A stretch of 64,000 nt of DNA. It comes from an uncultured Anaerolineae bacterium (GTDB lineage Bacteria; Chloroflexota; Anaerolineae; JAADDB01). The stretch spans positions 61,402 through 125,401 of the forward strand of contig CAZAQA010000008.1 in assembly GCA_964487375.1 (NCBI GenBank), read 5' to 3'. Position 1 is the stretch's first letter. Every line of letters starts with the position of its first letter. Below are positions 19,213 to 29,542 of the stretch, piece after piece. Below the pieces are notes generated by a model. It saw only the letters and a program-made list of their open reading frames with translations, was not told the origin of the DNA and did not search any database. The translations under genes and the position numbers were made by a program.

Positions 19213-19874
19213 CGGGAAACGCCTCCCGAATGTCCGTTCTCTGCCTCCTCAACCACACGATAGGAATAGACGAAGAGCACCAACACAACCACGCCCAGCC
19301 CTCCCAACAAGACCCAGGGCAGGACGTGGGCGGAGAGGAGAGCGGTCAGGAGGAGGAGAATCCCCAGCCCTTGGAAGAGTCGGCTTCCCAACTGATGAGT
19401 CTTTCGCCAGCTCTCCTCATTGCTCAAGGTCCAGGGAGTGCGGATGCCGACGAACCAGTTAGGACGAACACGCGCCAGGAAGGATCCGATGAAGAGGAAG
19501 AGAAAGCCCGTTCCCAGGGAAAAGATGACATTCGGGTCCAGGTGGATCCCCACCCCCCACAACATGACGAAACTCTCTATACTGATCATGTAAAGCGTGA
19601 GCAAGATGGCAAATGCTTCATATGCGGAACGAAATGCAGCATAGTTCTGGCGTCGGGGATCGATGTGCGGCAGCAGCATGAACAGTGCGGCCAAGGCGAC
19701 GAGAAGAAAGGGAACCAGAAAAGCGGCCCAGAATCGAGGCATGGACCCGTCCACCTCTCCTCGAGCATTCCAATGCGTGGCCACCTGTGGCGTCAACTGA
19801 GGATAGAATTTCGCCCCAATCAGGAAAGAAAGGAGCACAAGGCTCCACATGATCAACGTCCCTCGCTTACTCAT
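19209..19874 (-). CDS. SdpI/YhfL-family membrane protein (DUF1648 + SdpI)
   Basis: Four-plus TM helices; WNARGEVDG and NWFVGIRTPWTLSNEESWRKTH motifs typical of the SdpI immunity-protein family. Confidence 0.65.
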   Translation of the reverse strand: MSKRGTLIMWSLVLLSFLIGAKFYPQLTPQVATHWNARGEVDGSMPRFWAAFLVPFLLVALAALFMLLPHIDPRRQNYAAFRSAYEAFAILLTLYMISIESFVMLWGVGIHLDPNVIFSLGTGFLFLFIGSFLARVRPNWFVGIRTPWTLSNEESWRKTHQLGSRLFQGLGILLLLTALLSAHVLPWVLLGGLGVVVLVLFVYSYRVVEEAENGHSGGVSR

Positions 19875-20142
19875 AGGTTCTCCCCACGGGGATCATCCCC
19901 CGTCTGCCTTCTTCCCCACCAAGCCCCTCGCGAAGAACCAACCTCTCACTTCACCGGATAAATTCTAGCACACGCCGCCTCTCCCTGTCACTTCCCCCCG
20001 GACACCGAAAAAACCGCTCGGATTCACGGACATATCACAAGCATGGACGGCATCCGACCACATCCCTTTGAGGATTTGCTCGCATCCGAAGACATGTTAG
20101 AATTCTTTCAGCCTGCTTGAACATGACGAGGAGGAGTTTCTA

Positions 20143-21348
20143 ATGGCACGAACATTTCGGCAAATGCCCCCCCATGGCGGAACGCTCATCGACAGGCTCT
20201 TACGCGGGAATCTGCGAGAGGCGGCCCTCGAGCGCGCCCGACGCCTGCCCACGGTCTACCTGGACCGGGTGCGTGTCTCCGATCTGGAGCTCATCGCCGT
20301 AGGGGCATACAGTCCTCTTACCGGTTTCATGGACCGGGAGACCTACGAAACGGTAGTCGAGGACATGCGCCTGCCCAACGGCCTCGCCTGGACCATTCCC
20401 ATCGTTCTGCCTGTCGACAGGACCACCGCGGACGCCCTCAAGGTCGGCCAGGAAATTGCCCTGGTGGAGCGAACCGAGTCCGGTGAAGACAACATCATGG
20501 GCATCCTGGAGCTGTCGGAGAAATACGAGTACGACAAAGAAAACGAGGCGGAGAAAGTCTACCGCACCACCGAGGACAAGCATCCCGGTGTGGCCCGCGT
20601 GTACCGCCAGGGAGATGTCTACCTGGCCGGGGACATCTGGCTGCTTAATCGGCCTAGCAAACTGGAATTCCCCGAGTTCCGTCATGACCCTGCCCAATCT
20701 CGGCGCTTGTTTGCAGCTCGGGGCTGGCGACGGGTCGTCGCCTTCCAAACACGTAACCCCATCCACCGCGCTCACGAGTACATTCAGAAGGTCGCCCTGG
20801 AGATCGTAGACGGCCTCTTCCTGCACCCCCTGGTGGGTGAAACGAAGAAGGACGACATCCCCGCGGATGTGCGCATGGCCAGCTACCAGGCGATCCTCCG
20901 CGACTACTATCCGGCCGAACGGGTCTTGTTGGGTGTGTTCCCGGCCGCGATGCGCTACGCCGGCCCGCGCGAGGCCATCTTCCATGCCATCTGCCGCCAG
21001 AACTACGGCTGCACCCACATGATTATCGGGCGAGACCACGCGGGCGTGGGCCACTACTATGGCACCTACGACGCCCAGTACATCTTCGACGAGTTCCTGC
21101 CTCACGAGCTCGCTATCACCCCCCTCTTTTTCGAGCACGCGTTTTACTGCACCAAGTGCCAGGCCGTCACCACCCGCAAGACATGCCCCCATGACCCGAA
21201 GTATCATATCTACCTGAGCGGCACACAAGTGCGCAAAATGTTGGAAGAGGGCACCCCCCTGCCGGAGGAATTCACCCGCCCCGAGGTCAGCCGCATTCTC
21301 ATGGACGCGGTGCAGAAGCGTAAGGCGGAGGAACAGGCGGGAAAATAG
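20143..21348 (+). CDS. sat: Sulfate adenylyltransferase (ATP sulfurylase), stand-alone catalytic form
   Basis: QTRNPIHRAHE, GRDHAGVG motifs; GAGGAGG RBS; no fused or adjacent APS kinase. Confidence 0.9.
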   Translation: MARTFRQMPPHGGTLIDRLLRGNLREAALERARRLPTVYLDRVRVSDLELIAVGAYSPLTGFMDRETYETVVEDMRLPNGLAWTIPIVLPVDRTTADALKVGQEIALVERTESGEDNIMGILELSEKYEYDKENEAEKVYRTTEDKHPGVARVYRQGDVYLAGDIWLLNRPSKLEFPEFRHDPAQSRRLFAARGWRRVVAFQTRNPIHRAHEYIQKVALEIVDGLFLHPLVGETKKDDIPADVRMASYQAILRDYYPAERVLLGVFPAAMRYAGPREAIFHAICRQNYGCTHMIIGRDHAGVGHYYGTYDAQYIFDEFLPHELAITPLFFEHAFYCTKCQAVTTRKTCPHDPKYHIYLSGTQVRKMLEEGTPLPEEFTRPEVSRILMDAVQKRKAEEQAGK

Positions 21349-21428
21349 CCGCGCCCGCGACGCGCGGGCCGGGGATCAGGGGCAGGACATCGCCCCAACG
21401 CAAAGTCTTCGTCATCGGTCTGGACTGC

Positions 21429-22742
21429 GTGGACCCGCGCCTGGTGTTCGACCAGTGGCGAGAGGACCTGCCCACTCTGCGCCAGCTCATGAGTGAAGGC
21501 ATGTACGGACCGCTGCGTTCCTCAGAACCGCCTATTACCGTGCCCGCGTGGGCCTCGATGCTCTCCGGAAAGGATCCGGGCGAACTGGGCATCTACGGCT
21601 TCCGCAACCGGGCCGATTACTCCTACAGCCACATGCAGATCGCCACCTCCCGCTCGATAACCCACCCCCGCATTTGGGACACCTTGGGCAACCGGGGCCT
21701 GACCTCCGTGGTCGTGGGCGTGCCTCAGACCTATCCGGTGCAGCCGGTCAACGGCTGGCTTATTTCTTCCTTCCTCACCCCACCCGGTGCGAAACAATGG
21801 ACGTATCCTGCCTCCCTGGCCGCGGAGGTGGAACACGTGTTGGGCGGCGAGCCCTACGAGTTCGACGTGATGAACTTTCGCACCGAGGACAAGGCCCGGC
21901 TCCTGGAGGACATTTACCGCATGACCGCGAAACGCTTTCGGCTTCTTCACCATCTGCTGAGAAAGCCGTGGGACTTTTTCATCTTCGTAGAGATAGGGAC
22001 GGACCGCATTCACCACGGTCTGTGGAAAGCCATGGACCCCCGCCACCCCAAGCACGTGCCCGGCAACCCCTTCCAGAACGCCATCCACGACTACTATGTC
22101 TATCTGGACCGGGAGATCGGTCGGCTGATAGACCAATTGGACAGGAACACCCGAGTCCTCGTGGTCAGCGACCACGGCGCCCGCCCCATGCTGGGGGGTT
22201 TTGCCATCAATGAGTGGCTCATCCGAGAGGGCTATCTGGTTCTCAAGGAATACCCGGAGCGCATCGTGCCCCTGGAGAAAGTGGAAGTGGACTGGAGTCG
22301 CACCCGGGCCTGGGGATCGGGCGGCTACTACGCGCGAGTACACCTCAACGTGAGAGGCCGCGAGCCACAGGGCATCATCCCGGCGGAGAAGTACGAAGAG
22401 GAACGGAATCTCCTCAAAGCGAAACTGGAGGCCACCCGAGACGAAAAGGGCCAGCTCATGGGCACGGTGGTGCGCAAGCCTGAGGAGATCTACCGAGAGG
22501 TGAACAATATCCCACCCGACCTCATCGTCTACCTGGGAGATCTGGCCTGGCGTTCTGTGGGCAGCGTGGGCCTGGGGCGAGTCCACACGTTCGAGAATGA
22601 CACCGGGCCGGACGATGCCAACCACGACTGGGAAGGCATCTTCATCGCCTGGGATCCGGAGGAACGCTGGGGAGGTCGGAGGGTGACCAGCTTGCAATTG
22701 CAGGCCATTGCCGGCATGATCGCGGACTGGCTGCAGCCTTGA
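21429..22742 (+). CDS. Alkaline phosphatase superfamily protein (type I phosphodiesterase/nucleotide pyrophosphatase-like)
   Basis: [27 protein letters not shown] and VVSDHGA motifs. The conserved KVFVIGLDC start of the family lies upstream (21402-21428) in frame, with no ATG/GTG/TTG before it, so the true start is unresolved. Confidence 0.75.
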   Translation: MDPRLVFDQWREDLPTLRQLMSEGMYGPLRSSEPPITVPAWASMLSGKDPGELGIYGFRNRADYSYSHMQIATSRSITHPRIWDTLGNRGLTSVVVGVPQTYPVQPVNGWLISSFLTPPGAKQWTYPASLAAEVEHVLGGEPYEFDVMNFRTEDKARLLEDIYRMTAKRFRLLHHLLRKPWDFFIFVEIGTDRIHHGLWKAMDPRHPKHVPGNPFQNAIHDYYVYLDREIGRLIDQLDRNTRVLVVSDHGARPMLGGFAINEWLIREGYLVLKEYPERIVPLEKVEVDWSRTRAWGSGGYYARVHLNVRGREPQGIIPAEKYEEERNLLKAKLEATRDEKGQLMGTVVRKPEEIYREVNNIPPDLIVYLGDLAWRSVGSVGLGRVHTFENDTGPDDANHDWEGIFIAWDPEERWGGRRVTSLQLQAIAGMIADWLQP

Positions 22743-22752
22743 GGAGGAAAAC

Positions 22753-23352
22753 GTGTACAAACGCTTGCTCATCGCAACCCATAATCGCGGCAAGCTGCGA
22801 GAATACCGTCATTTGCTGGAGGATTTGCCCGTCGACTTGACGTACCTCGACGACGTGGGCATCCAGGAGGACGTGCCCGAAACCGGCAGCACTTTCGAGG
22901 AAAACGCCGTGCAGAAAGCTCGGGCCTATGCAGCCATGAGCGGCATGCTTACCCTGGCTGATGATTCCGGCCTGGAGGTAGATGCTCTGAATGGAGCCCC
23001 CGGCGTGCGGTCAGCCCGTTATGCCGGCCCGCACGCCGGCGACCAGGAGCGCATTGACAAGGTGCTTCGCGCCCTGGCCGGCCTCCCCCCCCAGAAGCGG
23101 CAGGCTCGTTTCCGCTGTGTGATCGCTGTGGCCACACCAGAAGGAGAGGTCTACACCGCGGAGGGAACCGTAGAAGGCGTCATCGTCGAGAGGCCACGAG
23201 GGAATCACGGATTCGGCTACGACCCCATCTTCCTGTTGCCCGACCGGGGACAGACCATGGCCGAACTTCCCCCGGAGGAGAAAAACCGCATCAGCCACCG
23301 GGCTCGAGCGGCAGCGGCCATCAAGCCTACGTTGCGCCGCCTCATTGGTTAG
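22753..23352 (+). CDS. rdgB: Non-canonical purine NTP pyrophosphatase RdgB/HAM1
   Basis: [14 protein letters not shown]...[27 protein letters not shown]...FGYDPIF motifs. Confidence 0.9.
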   Translation: MYKRLLIATHNRGKLREYRHLLEDLPVDLTYLDDVGIQEDVPETGSTFEENAVQKARAYAAMSGMLTLADDSGLEVDALNGAPGVRSARYAGPHAGDQERIDKVLRALAGLPPQKRQARFRCVIAVATPEGEVYTAEGTVEGVIVERPRGNHGFGYDPIFLLPDRGQTMAELPPEEKNRISHRARAAAAIKPTLRRLIG

Positions 23353-23911
23353 ACGTGATCTCCTCCTCTCGGTCGATAAGGACGTCGACCCGCATAAGTC
23401 CCTGCTCCACCTGGACGCGCGTGGGAAAATGGGCCCGACGAATGACCCGCAAAATGCGGTGATTGTCGGGCTGGACATATGCGTACAATACCCGAACACC
23501 CTGGTCACGAGCCAGAACCGCCATCTCCGCAAGCAGGCGTGTGCCGATCCCTTGACCCTGCCAATCGTCTCGCACTACCACCGCGGCCTCGGCCTCTGAC
23601 TGGCCGGGGGCATGCGCAAAGCGGGCGCTGCCCACGATGATCCCCGCGTGCAAAGCGACCAGGGCTGCCCCCCGCCCCGGAGGAATGCCCTCGAGCTCGC
23701 CGGTGCGCCGCAGCAGTTGTTCTGATGGGGGATCGGGAACAGGGATATGAAAACGCCGGTAACGAGTTTCGGGAGAAAGGCGGCCAATGAACTCCACCAT
23801 TCGCTCCTCGTCGTCCGGGGCCAGGGGACGAATGAGGATATCCAACCCCCGACGAGTGCGGAAGACTTTCGGCCACCCTTCCCCAATCGTGGAAGTCATG
23901 CGCCTTTCCAC
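23342..23911 (-). CDS. GNAT family N-acetyltransferase
   Basis: Acetyl-CoA binding region [17 protein letters not shown] (Q/RxxGxG/A) and GNAT-like length. Confidence 0.7.
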   Translation of the reverse strand: MERRMTSTIGEGWPKVFRTRRGLDILIRPLAPDDEERMVEFIGRLSPETRYRRFHIPVPDPPSEQLLRRTGELEGIPPGRGAALVALHAGIIVGSARFAHAPGQSEAEAAVVVRDDWQGQGIGTRLLAEMAVLARDQGVRVLYAYVQPDNHRILRVIRRAHFPTRVQVEQGLMRVDVLIDREEEITSNQ

Positions 23912-24675
23912 CGGGGTTCGCGCTTTTCCACGAATGCCCTCATGCCTTCTTTCTGGTCCTGAGTGCCAAAAAGGGCGTAGAACAGAAGCCGCTCATGCTG
24001 GAGCCCGGCATCCAAAGTGCTGTTGAGCGCGTACAGAACCGCTTCTTTGCCGTACTGAATGGCCAGGGGAGCCCGTGCAGCCAGTTTGGCCGCCAGGCTG
24101 ATGGCTTCGTCCAGATAACGATCCTGAGGGTAGACATGATTGACCAGCCCGAGCTGCCGAGCCTCCTCCGCGGTCAGGCGTCGATCGTTCAGGATCATCT
24201 CCATGGCCAGGTATTTCCCGATGGTACGCGTCAAACGCTGGCTGCCGCCTGCCCCTGGGATGATGCCCAGGTTGATCTCCGGCTGGCCGAAGACGGCGCT
24301 TTCGCTGGCAATAATCATGTCGCAGGCCCAGGCCAGCTCAGCGCCCCCGCCCAGGGCATACCCGGACACGGCCGCGATGACCGGTTTGCGGGCCAGGGCC
24401 ACCGCGTCCCACCCGCGAATGAAGGGAGCGCTCTTCATTTCGGCCGGTGTCTTGGCCATCATCTCCTTGATATCCGCGCCGGCAGCGAAGGCCTTATCAC
24501 TGCCCGTGAGCACCACCGCACGCACGTCCGGATCCGCGTCCAGCATCGCGAACGCCTGGGCCAGCTCTTGCAAAACGGCCAGGTTCAACGCGTTGTACTG
24601 CCTGGGGCGATTCAACCGTACCAGAGCCACTCCATCAGCAGGGTGTTCAATGAGCAGAAATTCGAATGGGGACAT
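23896..24675 (-). CDS. Enoyl-CoA hydratase/isomerase (crotonase family)
   Basis: VALVRLNRPRQYNALN...VVLTGSDKAFAAGADIKEM oxyanion-hole motif. Confidence 0.85.
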   Translation of the reverse strand: MSPFEFLLIEHPADGVALVRLNRPRQYNALNLAVLQELAQAFAMLDADPDVRAVVLTGSDKAFAAGADIKEMMAKTPAEMKSAPFIRGWDAVALARKPVIAAVSGYALGGGAELAWACDMIIASESAVFGQPEINLGIIPGAGGSQRLTRTIGKYLAMEMILNDRRLTAEEARQLGLVNHVYPQDRYLDEAISLAAKLAARAPLAIQYGKEAVLYALNSTLDAGLQHERLLFYALFGTQDQKEGMRAFVEKREPRWKGA

Positions 24676-24729
24676 ACGTCACCTCCTCGTGACAAGATTG
24701 GACCTCAGCCGAAATGGGTCTTGGTCGCT

Positions 24730-25494
24730 TCACACCATCACCTTGCCGCCATCCACATGGTAGGCCTGGCCGGTGATGTACGTCGCGCCGTCGGAGGCCA
24801 GGAAGAGGACGAGGGCAGCGACCTCCTCCGGCTCGCCCAGACGGCGCAGGGGGATCTCTCGCATCCACTTCTCCATCATGGCCGGGTCTTGGCGAGCAGC
24901 CGCGGTCATCGGCGTGACGATGACTCCCGGACAGATGGCGTTGACCCGAACGCCGTAGGCCGCGAACTCTCGCGCGGCCTCTTTGGTAAATCCGGCGATG
25001 GCCGCTTTGCTGGCCGCATAGGCACTCCGGTGGTAAAGCGGTGTGGCCTTGCCGGCAATGCTGCTCATGTTGATGATTACGCCCGATCCCTGCTCCTTCA
25101 TCACCCGCCCCGCGGCCTGGGTGCCGAGAAAAACCCCCCGAGCGTTGATCGCCATGACTCGATCCCAGACATCGACCGTCATATCGAGAATGGAGGCGTG
25201 AGGTTCAACGCCCGCGTTATTGACCATCACGTCCAACCGACCCCAGCGGGCCATCACGGCCTGCACCAACGCCACGACATCTTCCGGTCGAGACACATCT
25301 CCCTCGTGCACCAGGGCCTCTCCGCCCAGGGATTCGATCTGGGAACCCGTTTCCTCAGCTTTTGTCCGAACCACATCGTTGACGGCCACGCGCATACCCT
25401 GCCGGGCCGCGGCCAGGGCAATGGCCCGACCGATGCCCTGGCCGGCGCCGGTCACCGCCAGGACCTTCCCTTCCAATTCCGGATAAACAGGCAT
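24730..25494 (-). CDS. SDR family oxidoreductase (3-oxoacyl-ACP reductase-like)
   Basis: VTGAGQGIGRAIA (TGxxxGxG), NNAG, YxxxK (YAASKAA) motifs; start at the ATG 25494. Confidence 0.85.
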   Translation of the reverse strand: MPVYPELEGKVLAVTGAGQGIGRAIALAAARQGMRVAVNDVVRTKAEETGSQIESLGGEALVHEGDVSRPEDVVALVQAVMARWGRLDVMVNNAGVEPHASILDMTVDVWDRVMAINARGVFLGTQAAGRVMKEQGSGVIINMSSIAGKATPLYHRSAYAASKAAIAGFTKEAAREFAAYGVRVNAICPGVIVTPMTAAARQDPAMMEKWMREIPLRRLGEPEEVAALVLFLASDGATYITGQAYHVDGGKVMV

Positions 25495-25516
25495 GATTCT
25501 CTCCCTCCTTATAAAC

Positions 25517-26434
25517 TCAGCGAGAACGCCGCCGGCGGGGCGTGTAGGCCCGCGCGCCTCCCACCGCAAAAGGAGCTTCCGCCTGCATCTCGGAACGCAC
25601 GTATGGATGAGGGTGAGCCAGATAGCGCTCTGCCGCCTGGCGTCCCGCTTCGATCATCTCGTCAATGTGAGAAAAATCGTTGAACGGCAGGTCTTTGAAG
25701 GCAGTAATGTGGATATGGTGGAGCTCGATGTGGGGGTCGGCCTGGGCATGATCCAGATCGTCCAGCAATGACTGGACGGTGAACGTATCCAGGACGCGCT
25801 TGAGCACGTTGAGCACGCCGTGGACAGGTTTGCGTTTTTCGCCGCCATATCCCACGTTGACCACGTAAAGGGTCGTCGCCCCTTTGTCCATGGCCACACC
25901 GGCAGGCGCGGCAGCCACGACGCCGCCGTCCACCAGTTGCAGACCGTGATACGCCACCGGAGGATGAATGCCCGGGACAGACACACTGGCAAGCACGGCT
26001 TCCACTAAAGGCGCCTGGGGATCCTCGCCAAACAGGTACAACCGGCTGGTTTGCAAGTCTACAGCCGTCAAATAGCACGGCATTTTCAGATCCCCGAACG
26101 TCCGTACACCCACGGGCAGGTTGCGTCGGATGAGTTCGCGGATTCCGTAGCTGGGGAAGAAGCTGTCCGCGCCGATGAGAAGACGCCAGGCCAGGGTCAG
26201 GGCATTGCCCGGGTAAACGGTGGAACGGTCCGCTTGATGCCAGAGTGCAGCCAGCTCGTCCATATTGGCCTCGCGGCCGCGTGCGGCCACATACGTCGCG
26301 TTGACGGCCCCAGCAGACGTTCCCACGAGGAAATCCGGCCAGATGCCGGCCCGAAACAACGCATCCATGGCCCCGACCTGCAAGGGGCCCCGATTGCCTC
26401 CACCGCTAAGCACCAGTGCGATCATCGTCTTCAC
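25517..26434 (-). CDS. Patatin-like phospholipase
   Basis: LSGGGNRG (oxyanion), GTSAG (GxSxG serine), DGG (Asp dyad) motifs. Confidence 0.85.
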   Translation of the reverse strand: MKTMIALVLSGGGNRGPLQVGAMDALFRAGIWPDFLVGTSAGAVNATYVAARGREANMDELAALWHQADRSTVYPGNALTLAWRLLIGADSFFPSYGIRELIRRNLPVGVRTFGDLKMPCYLTAVDLQTSRLYLFGEDPQAPLVEAVLASVSVPGIHPPVAYHGLQLVDGGVVAAAPAGVAMDKGATTLYVVNVGYGGEKRKPVHGVLNVLKRVLDTFTVQSLLDDLDHAQADPHIELHHIHITAFKDLPFNDFSHIDEMIEAGRQAAERYLAHPHPYVRSEMQAEAPFAVGGARAYTPRRRRSR

Positions 26435-26757
26435 CTGTGTGGGCCGCGAATGGCCGCGGATGTTTCTGGTCTGTCCTCATGTCCCCCCAAGGGCTCGCCG
26501 ACCAATGTGGTCCCTCGAGCAATCCCCCTATTTTCCTATGGTCTTTTTGTTCATCCAGATGTATGATTAGGCCAGATGTGCCAGATGCAAAGAAATCGGC
26601 CCGCTCGACCCGGTGGGGACCGTCCTGTGCTCCCCATCATATCACACGGGCTGCCCGGGGTTCAAAATCCTTGCGCCCCGGCCAACGACTCAAAAAACTT
26701 GGCTCGACATTGGGCTGATGAAACACCAGAGGCATTATCATCAGAAGGACGGACTCT

Positions 26758-29487
26758 ATGACCATTCCGACGTTTATTTCCAGAATGCGCGTGTGGGTAG
26801 GTAGTTTCATCCTCCTGCTCTTGCTCCTGGCAGCCGGGGGAGGCCTCTATGGAGCGCCTCTGTCCGCACAACCAGGAGGGGCATGGCCACATGGGCCACA
26901 GCCCGGCCACAGCCCGATCAGGACCGTTCCTTTTGTCCCGGGCCGCGTTTTGGTGAAACTCCGCTCATCGCCGGAAGGTCTCCGTTTCTTGGCCCGCCAA
27001 CCGGGTGTGTTGGCCGCGGCGTCCCTCCCTGCCCTGCACCTGGAAGTCCTCACGGTGCCGGTAGGCCACGAGCAGGAGATGGCCGAGCGCCTGCAAAGGG
27101 ACTCACGAGTCCTCTACGCGGAGCCGGATTACATTTACCAGGCCCTATCGACTCGGCCCAACGATCCTTTCTACACCCAGTACCAGTGGCAACTTCCTCA
27201 CATCGGTCTGGAAACCGCCTGGGACACCACACAAGGCAAGGACAGCGTTATTGTCGCCATCGTCGATTCCGGCGTCGATTTGAGCCACCCGGACCTGGCG
27301 AGCCACGTGATCCAGGGGCGCAACGTCATCGCCGGCAACAACACCCCTGAGGATGATCAGGGACACGGAACGCACGTGGCCGGCATTGTCGGCGCCATGA
27401 CGAACAACCACCTCGGCATCGCGGGGATCGCCTGGCACGTGAAACTCATGCCCGTAAAGGTCCTGGACAGCAGCGGCAGCGGGACCTCCACCCAGGTGGC
27501 CACGGGAGTCCGCTGGGCCGTGGACCACGGGGCCCGGGTGATCAACTTGAGTTTGGGCGGAAAGTCATCGTCCGCCACACTGCGCGACGCTATCGACTAC
27601 GCGTACGCCCATGACGTCCTGGTGGTGGCCGCGGCGGGGAACGCCTACCAAGATGGCAATCCTCCCATCTACCCCGCGGCCTATCCTCATGTCCTCGCTG
27701 TCGCGGCCACGGATGACCAGGACCGGCATGCCAGCTATTCCAGCAGCGGGCCTTTTGTAGATGTCGCTGCTCCCGGGGGCGACCCCAGCAGCAATGCCGA
27801 CCAGAATGATAGACATTGGATCCTCAGCACATACTGGCGCGGATCCAATTACGCTTACGCCTTCCTCGCGGGCACAAGTCAGGCCGCTCCCCACGTCTCC
27901 GGTCTGGCTGCGCTCCTCCTCTCCCTGAACCCGCGCCTCTCCGTGGACGATCTGACTCAGATCATCACCGGCACCGCGGTGGATGTGGAGTCCCCCGGCC
28001 GGGACGATCTGACGGGCTATGGGCGTATTAACGTGGCCGCGGCCGTTGCTGCAGTCCTGAGCACGCCCACGCCGACCAAGACGGCCACGGCGTCGCCCAC
28101 CCCGACCCTCACACCTACCCCCACGGCGACGGAGACGCCCAGCCCAACGCCAACGTTGACACCGACGCCCACGGCCTCTGCAACGCCTACGTGGACGTCG
28201 ACGCCAACGTTCACGGCGTCGCCGACTCCTACGCTAACGCCCTCTCCGACCGTCGGGAGCACGGTGACTCCCACCGCAACGCCGACGCCAACGCCATCGT
28301 CGACCCCCGCCCTGTACCCCTTGCACGACACACGTGTCAATAATGATTCGGGCAATGCTGCCCAGCGCCATCCCCATGTGCTTGTGGACGAGACGGGCGC
28401 GGTGTGGGTCGTCTGGCGCGACAACCGGAGCACACCGGCGGGCATCTATGTCGGAGTGCTCCACCCACATCAGGCGGGCTGGACGTCTAACGAGAGGGTG
28501 TCCCCCGTGTACGACTCCGACCTGATGGCCGTACGCCCGGTTCTTACCCGCCAGGAGAGAGAGACAGCTATCGTGTGGCAGGATACCCGCGGCCAGGATG
28601 AGAACGTCTACGTCTCCCTCTCCCTGGCGAATCCTTCTGTCTGGACGGCGCTTCAGCAGGTCAATGACGATTCCACGCCGCCTGCACAACAGTTCTCTCC
28701 CGACGCGGTCATGGATGCTGCGGGACGGCTCTACGTGGTTTGGACGGACACGCGTCACGGGAACCGCGATCTGTATTGGCGCACGCGCACATCGGGACAG
28801 GGAGCGCACTGGCAGCCGGCCGCGCCGGTGCCGCCCGCCAGCGGACCGGGTGTGCAGATGCAACCGGCGCTTGCTGTAGACGCGGCCGGCAAGGTGTACC
28901 TGGCCTGGGCCAACGAAACACCGGGGCGCATCGAGGTGGCCGTCTTCGACCCGAACACCCGGGTCTGGCAGACGCTGCCCGGGGTCGGCGGTGGATTCAC
29001 CCCCGGGGCCCAGCCGATTCTGCCCGACATCGTCGTGGAGAAAGGCCGTATCCACGTCATCTGGCAAGAAGTGCGCCGGCCGGAACAAGGGTTCGACATC
29101 TACCACAGCGTCTTCGAGAACGGAGCCTGGACCCCGGCCCAACGGGTGAACACGGACATCGGTGGGGCCATCCAGAGCGCTCCCCGTATCGCCAGAGCAC
29201 CGGACGGGGTGGTCGCGGTGTGGGAGGATTGGCGCTTGGGGCGACCTGACATCTACATGAGCTGGTGGACGCCGGAGAAGGGCTGGCTGCCAGAACGCCG
29301 GGTCGCGGACGAGTCCGTTTTTGCCCTTCGCTCTGAGCCGGATGTCGCGACCGACGCCCAGGGCGGAACGCACATTGTTTGGGTCGATGCCCGGAGCCTC
29401 GCTTCTGGTCCAGACATCTACTACCGTTACATTCCGCTCAGCTACCGTTACGCCACGTATGTGCCCGTAATGTGGGTACAGAGGTGA
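26758..29487 (+). CDS. Secreted S8 subtilisin-like serine peptidase fused to a Thr/Pro-rich linker and a C-terminal 7-repeat beta-propeller-like domain
   Basis: Signal peptide; catalytic triad motifs VAIVDSGVD, HGTHVAG, GTSQAAPHVSG; ~85-aa TPTPT linker; seven ~50-aa repeats each with V(V/I)WxDxR...G.(D)IY. Confidence 0.85.
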   Translation: MTIPTFISRMRVWVGSFILLLLLLAAGGGLYGAPLSAQPGGAWPHGPQPGHSPIRTVPFVPGRVLVKLRSSPEGLRFLARQPGVLAAASLPALHLEVLTVPVGHEQEMAERLQRDSRVLYAEPDYIYQALSTRPNDPFYTQYQWQLPHIGLETAWDTTQGKDSVIVAIVDSGVDLSHPDLASHVIQGRNVIAGNNTPEDDQGHGTHVAGIVGAMTNNHLGIAGIAWHVKLMPVKVLDSSGSGTSTQVATGVRWAVDHGARVINLSLGGKSSSATLRDAIDYAYAHDVLVVAAAGNAYQDGNPPIYPAAYPHVLAVAATDDQDRHASYSSSGPFVDVAAPGGDPSSNADQNDRHWILSTYWRGSNYAYAFLAGTSQAAPHVSGLAALLLSLNPRLSVDDLTQIITGTAVDVESPGRDDLTGYGRINVAAAVAAVLSTPTPTKTATASPTPTLTPTPTATETPSPTPTLTPTPTASATPTWTSTPTFTASPTPTLTPSPTVGSTVTPTATPTPTPSSTPALYPLHDTRVNNDSGNAAQRHPHVLVDETGAVWVVWRDNRSTPAGIYVGVLHPHQAGWTSNERVSPVYDSDLMAVRPVLTRQERETAIVWQDTRGQDENVYVSLSLANPSVWTALQQVNDDSTPPAQQFSPDAVMDAAGRLYVVWTDTRHGNRDLYWRTRTSGQGAHWQPAAPVPPASGPGVQMQPALAVDAAGKVYLAWANETPGRIEVAVFDPNTRVWQTLPGVGGGFTPGAQPILPDIVVEKGRIHVIWQEVRRPEQGFDIYHSVFENGAWTPAQRVNTDIGGAIQSAPRIARAPDGVVAVWEDWRLGRPDIYMSWWTPEKGWLPERRVADESVFALRSEPDVATDAQGGTHIVWVDARSLASGPDIYYRYIPLSYRYATYVPVMWVQR

Positions 29488-29542
29488 GCCCCTGGACCGC
29501 TTTCTCGCCTGACCGGTCCAGGACTTCGGCGCTCAGAGAGTC

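Noticed and set aside
20200-21228. 342-aa minus-strand ORF
   Set aside because: Antisense of sat.
21522-22793. 423-aa minus-strand ORF
   Set aside because: Antisense of the alkaline-phosphatase-family gene, with no motifs.
23995-25683. 562-aa + strand ORF
   Set aside because: Antisense across the crotonase and SDR genes, both of which carry diagnostic motifs on the minus strand.
28234-29373. 379-aa minus-strand ORF
   Set aside because: Antisense of the S8 protease propeller region.
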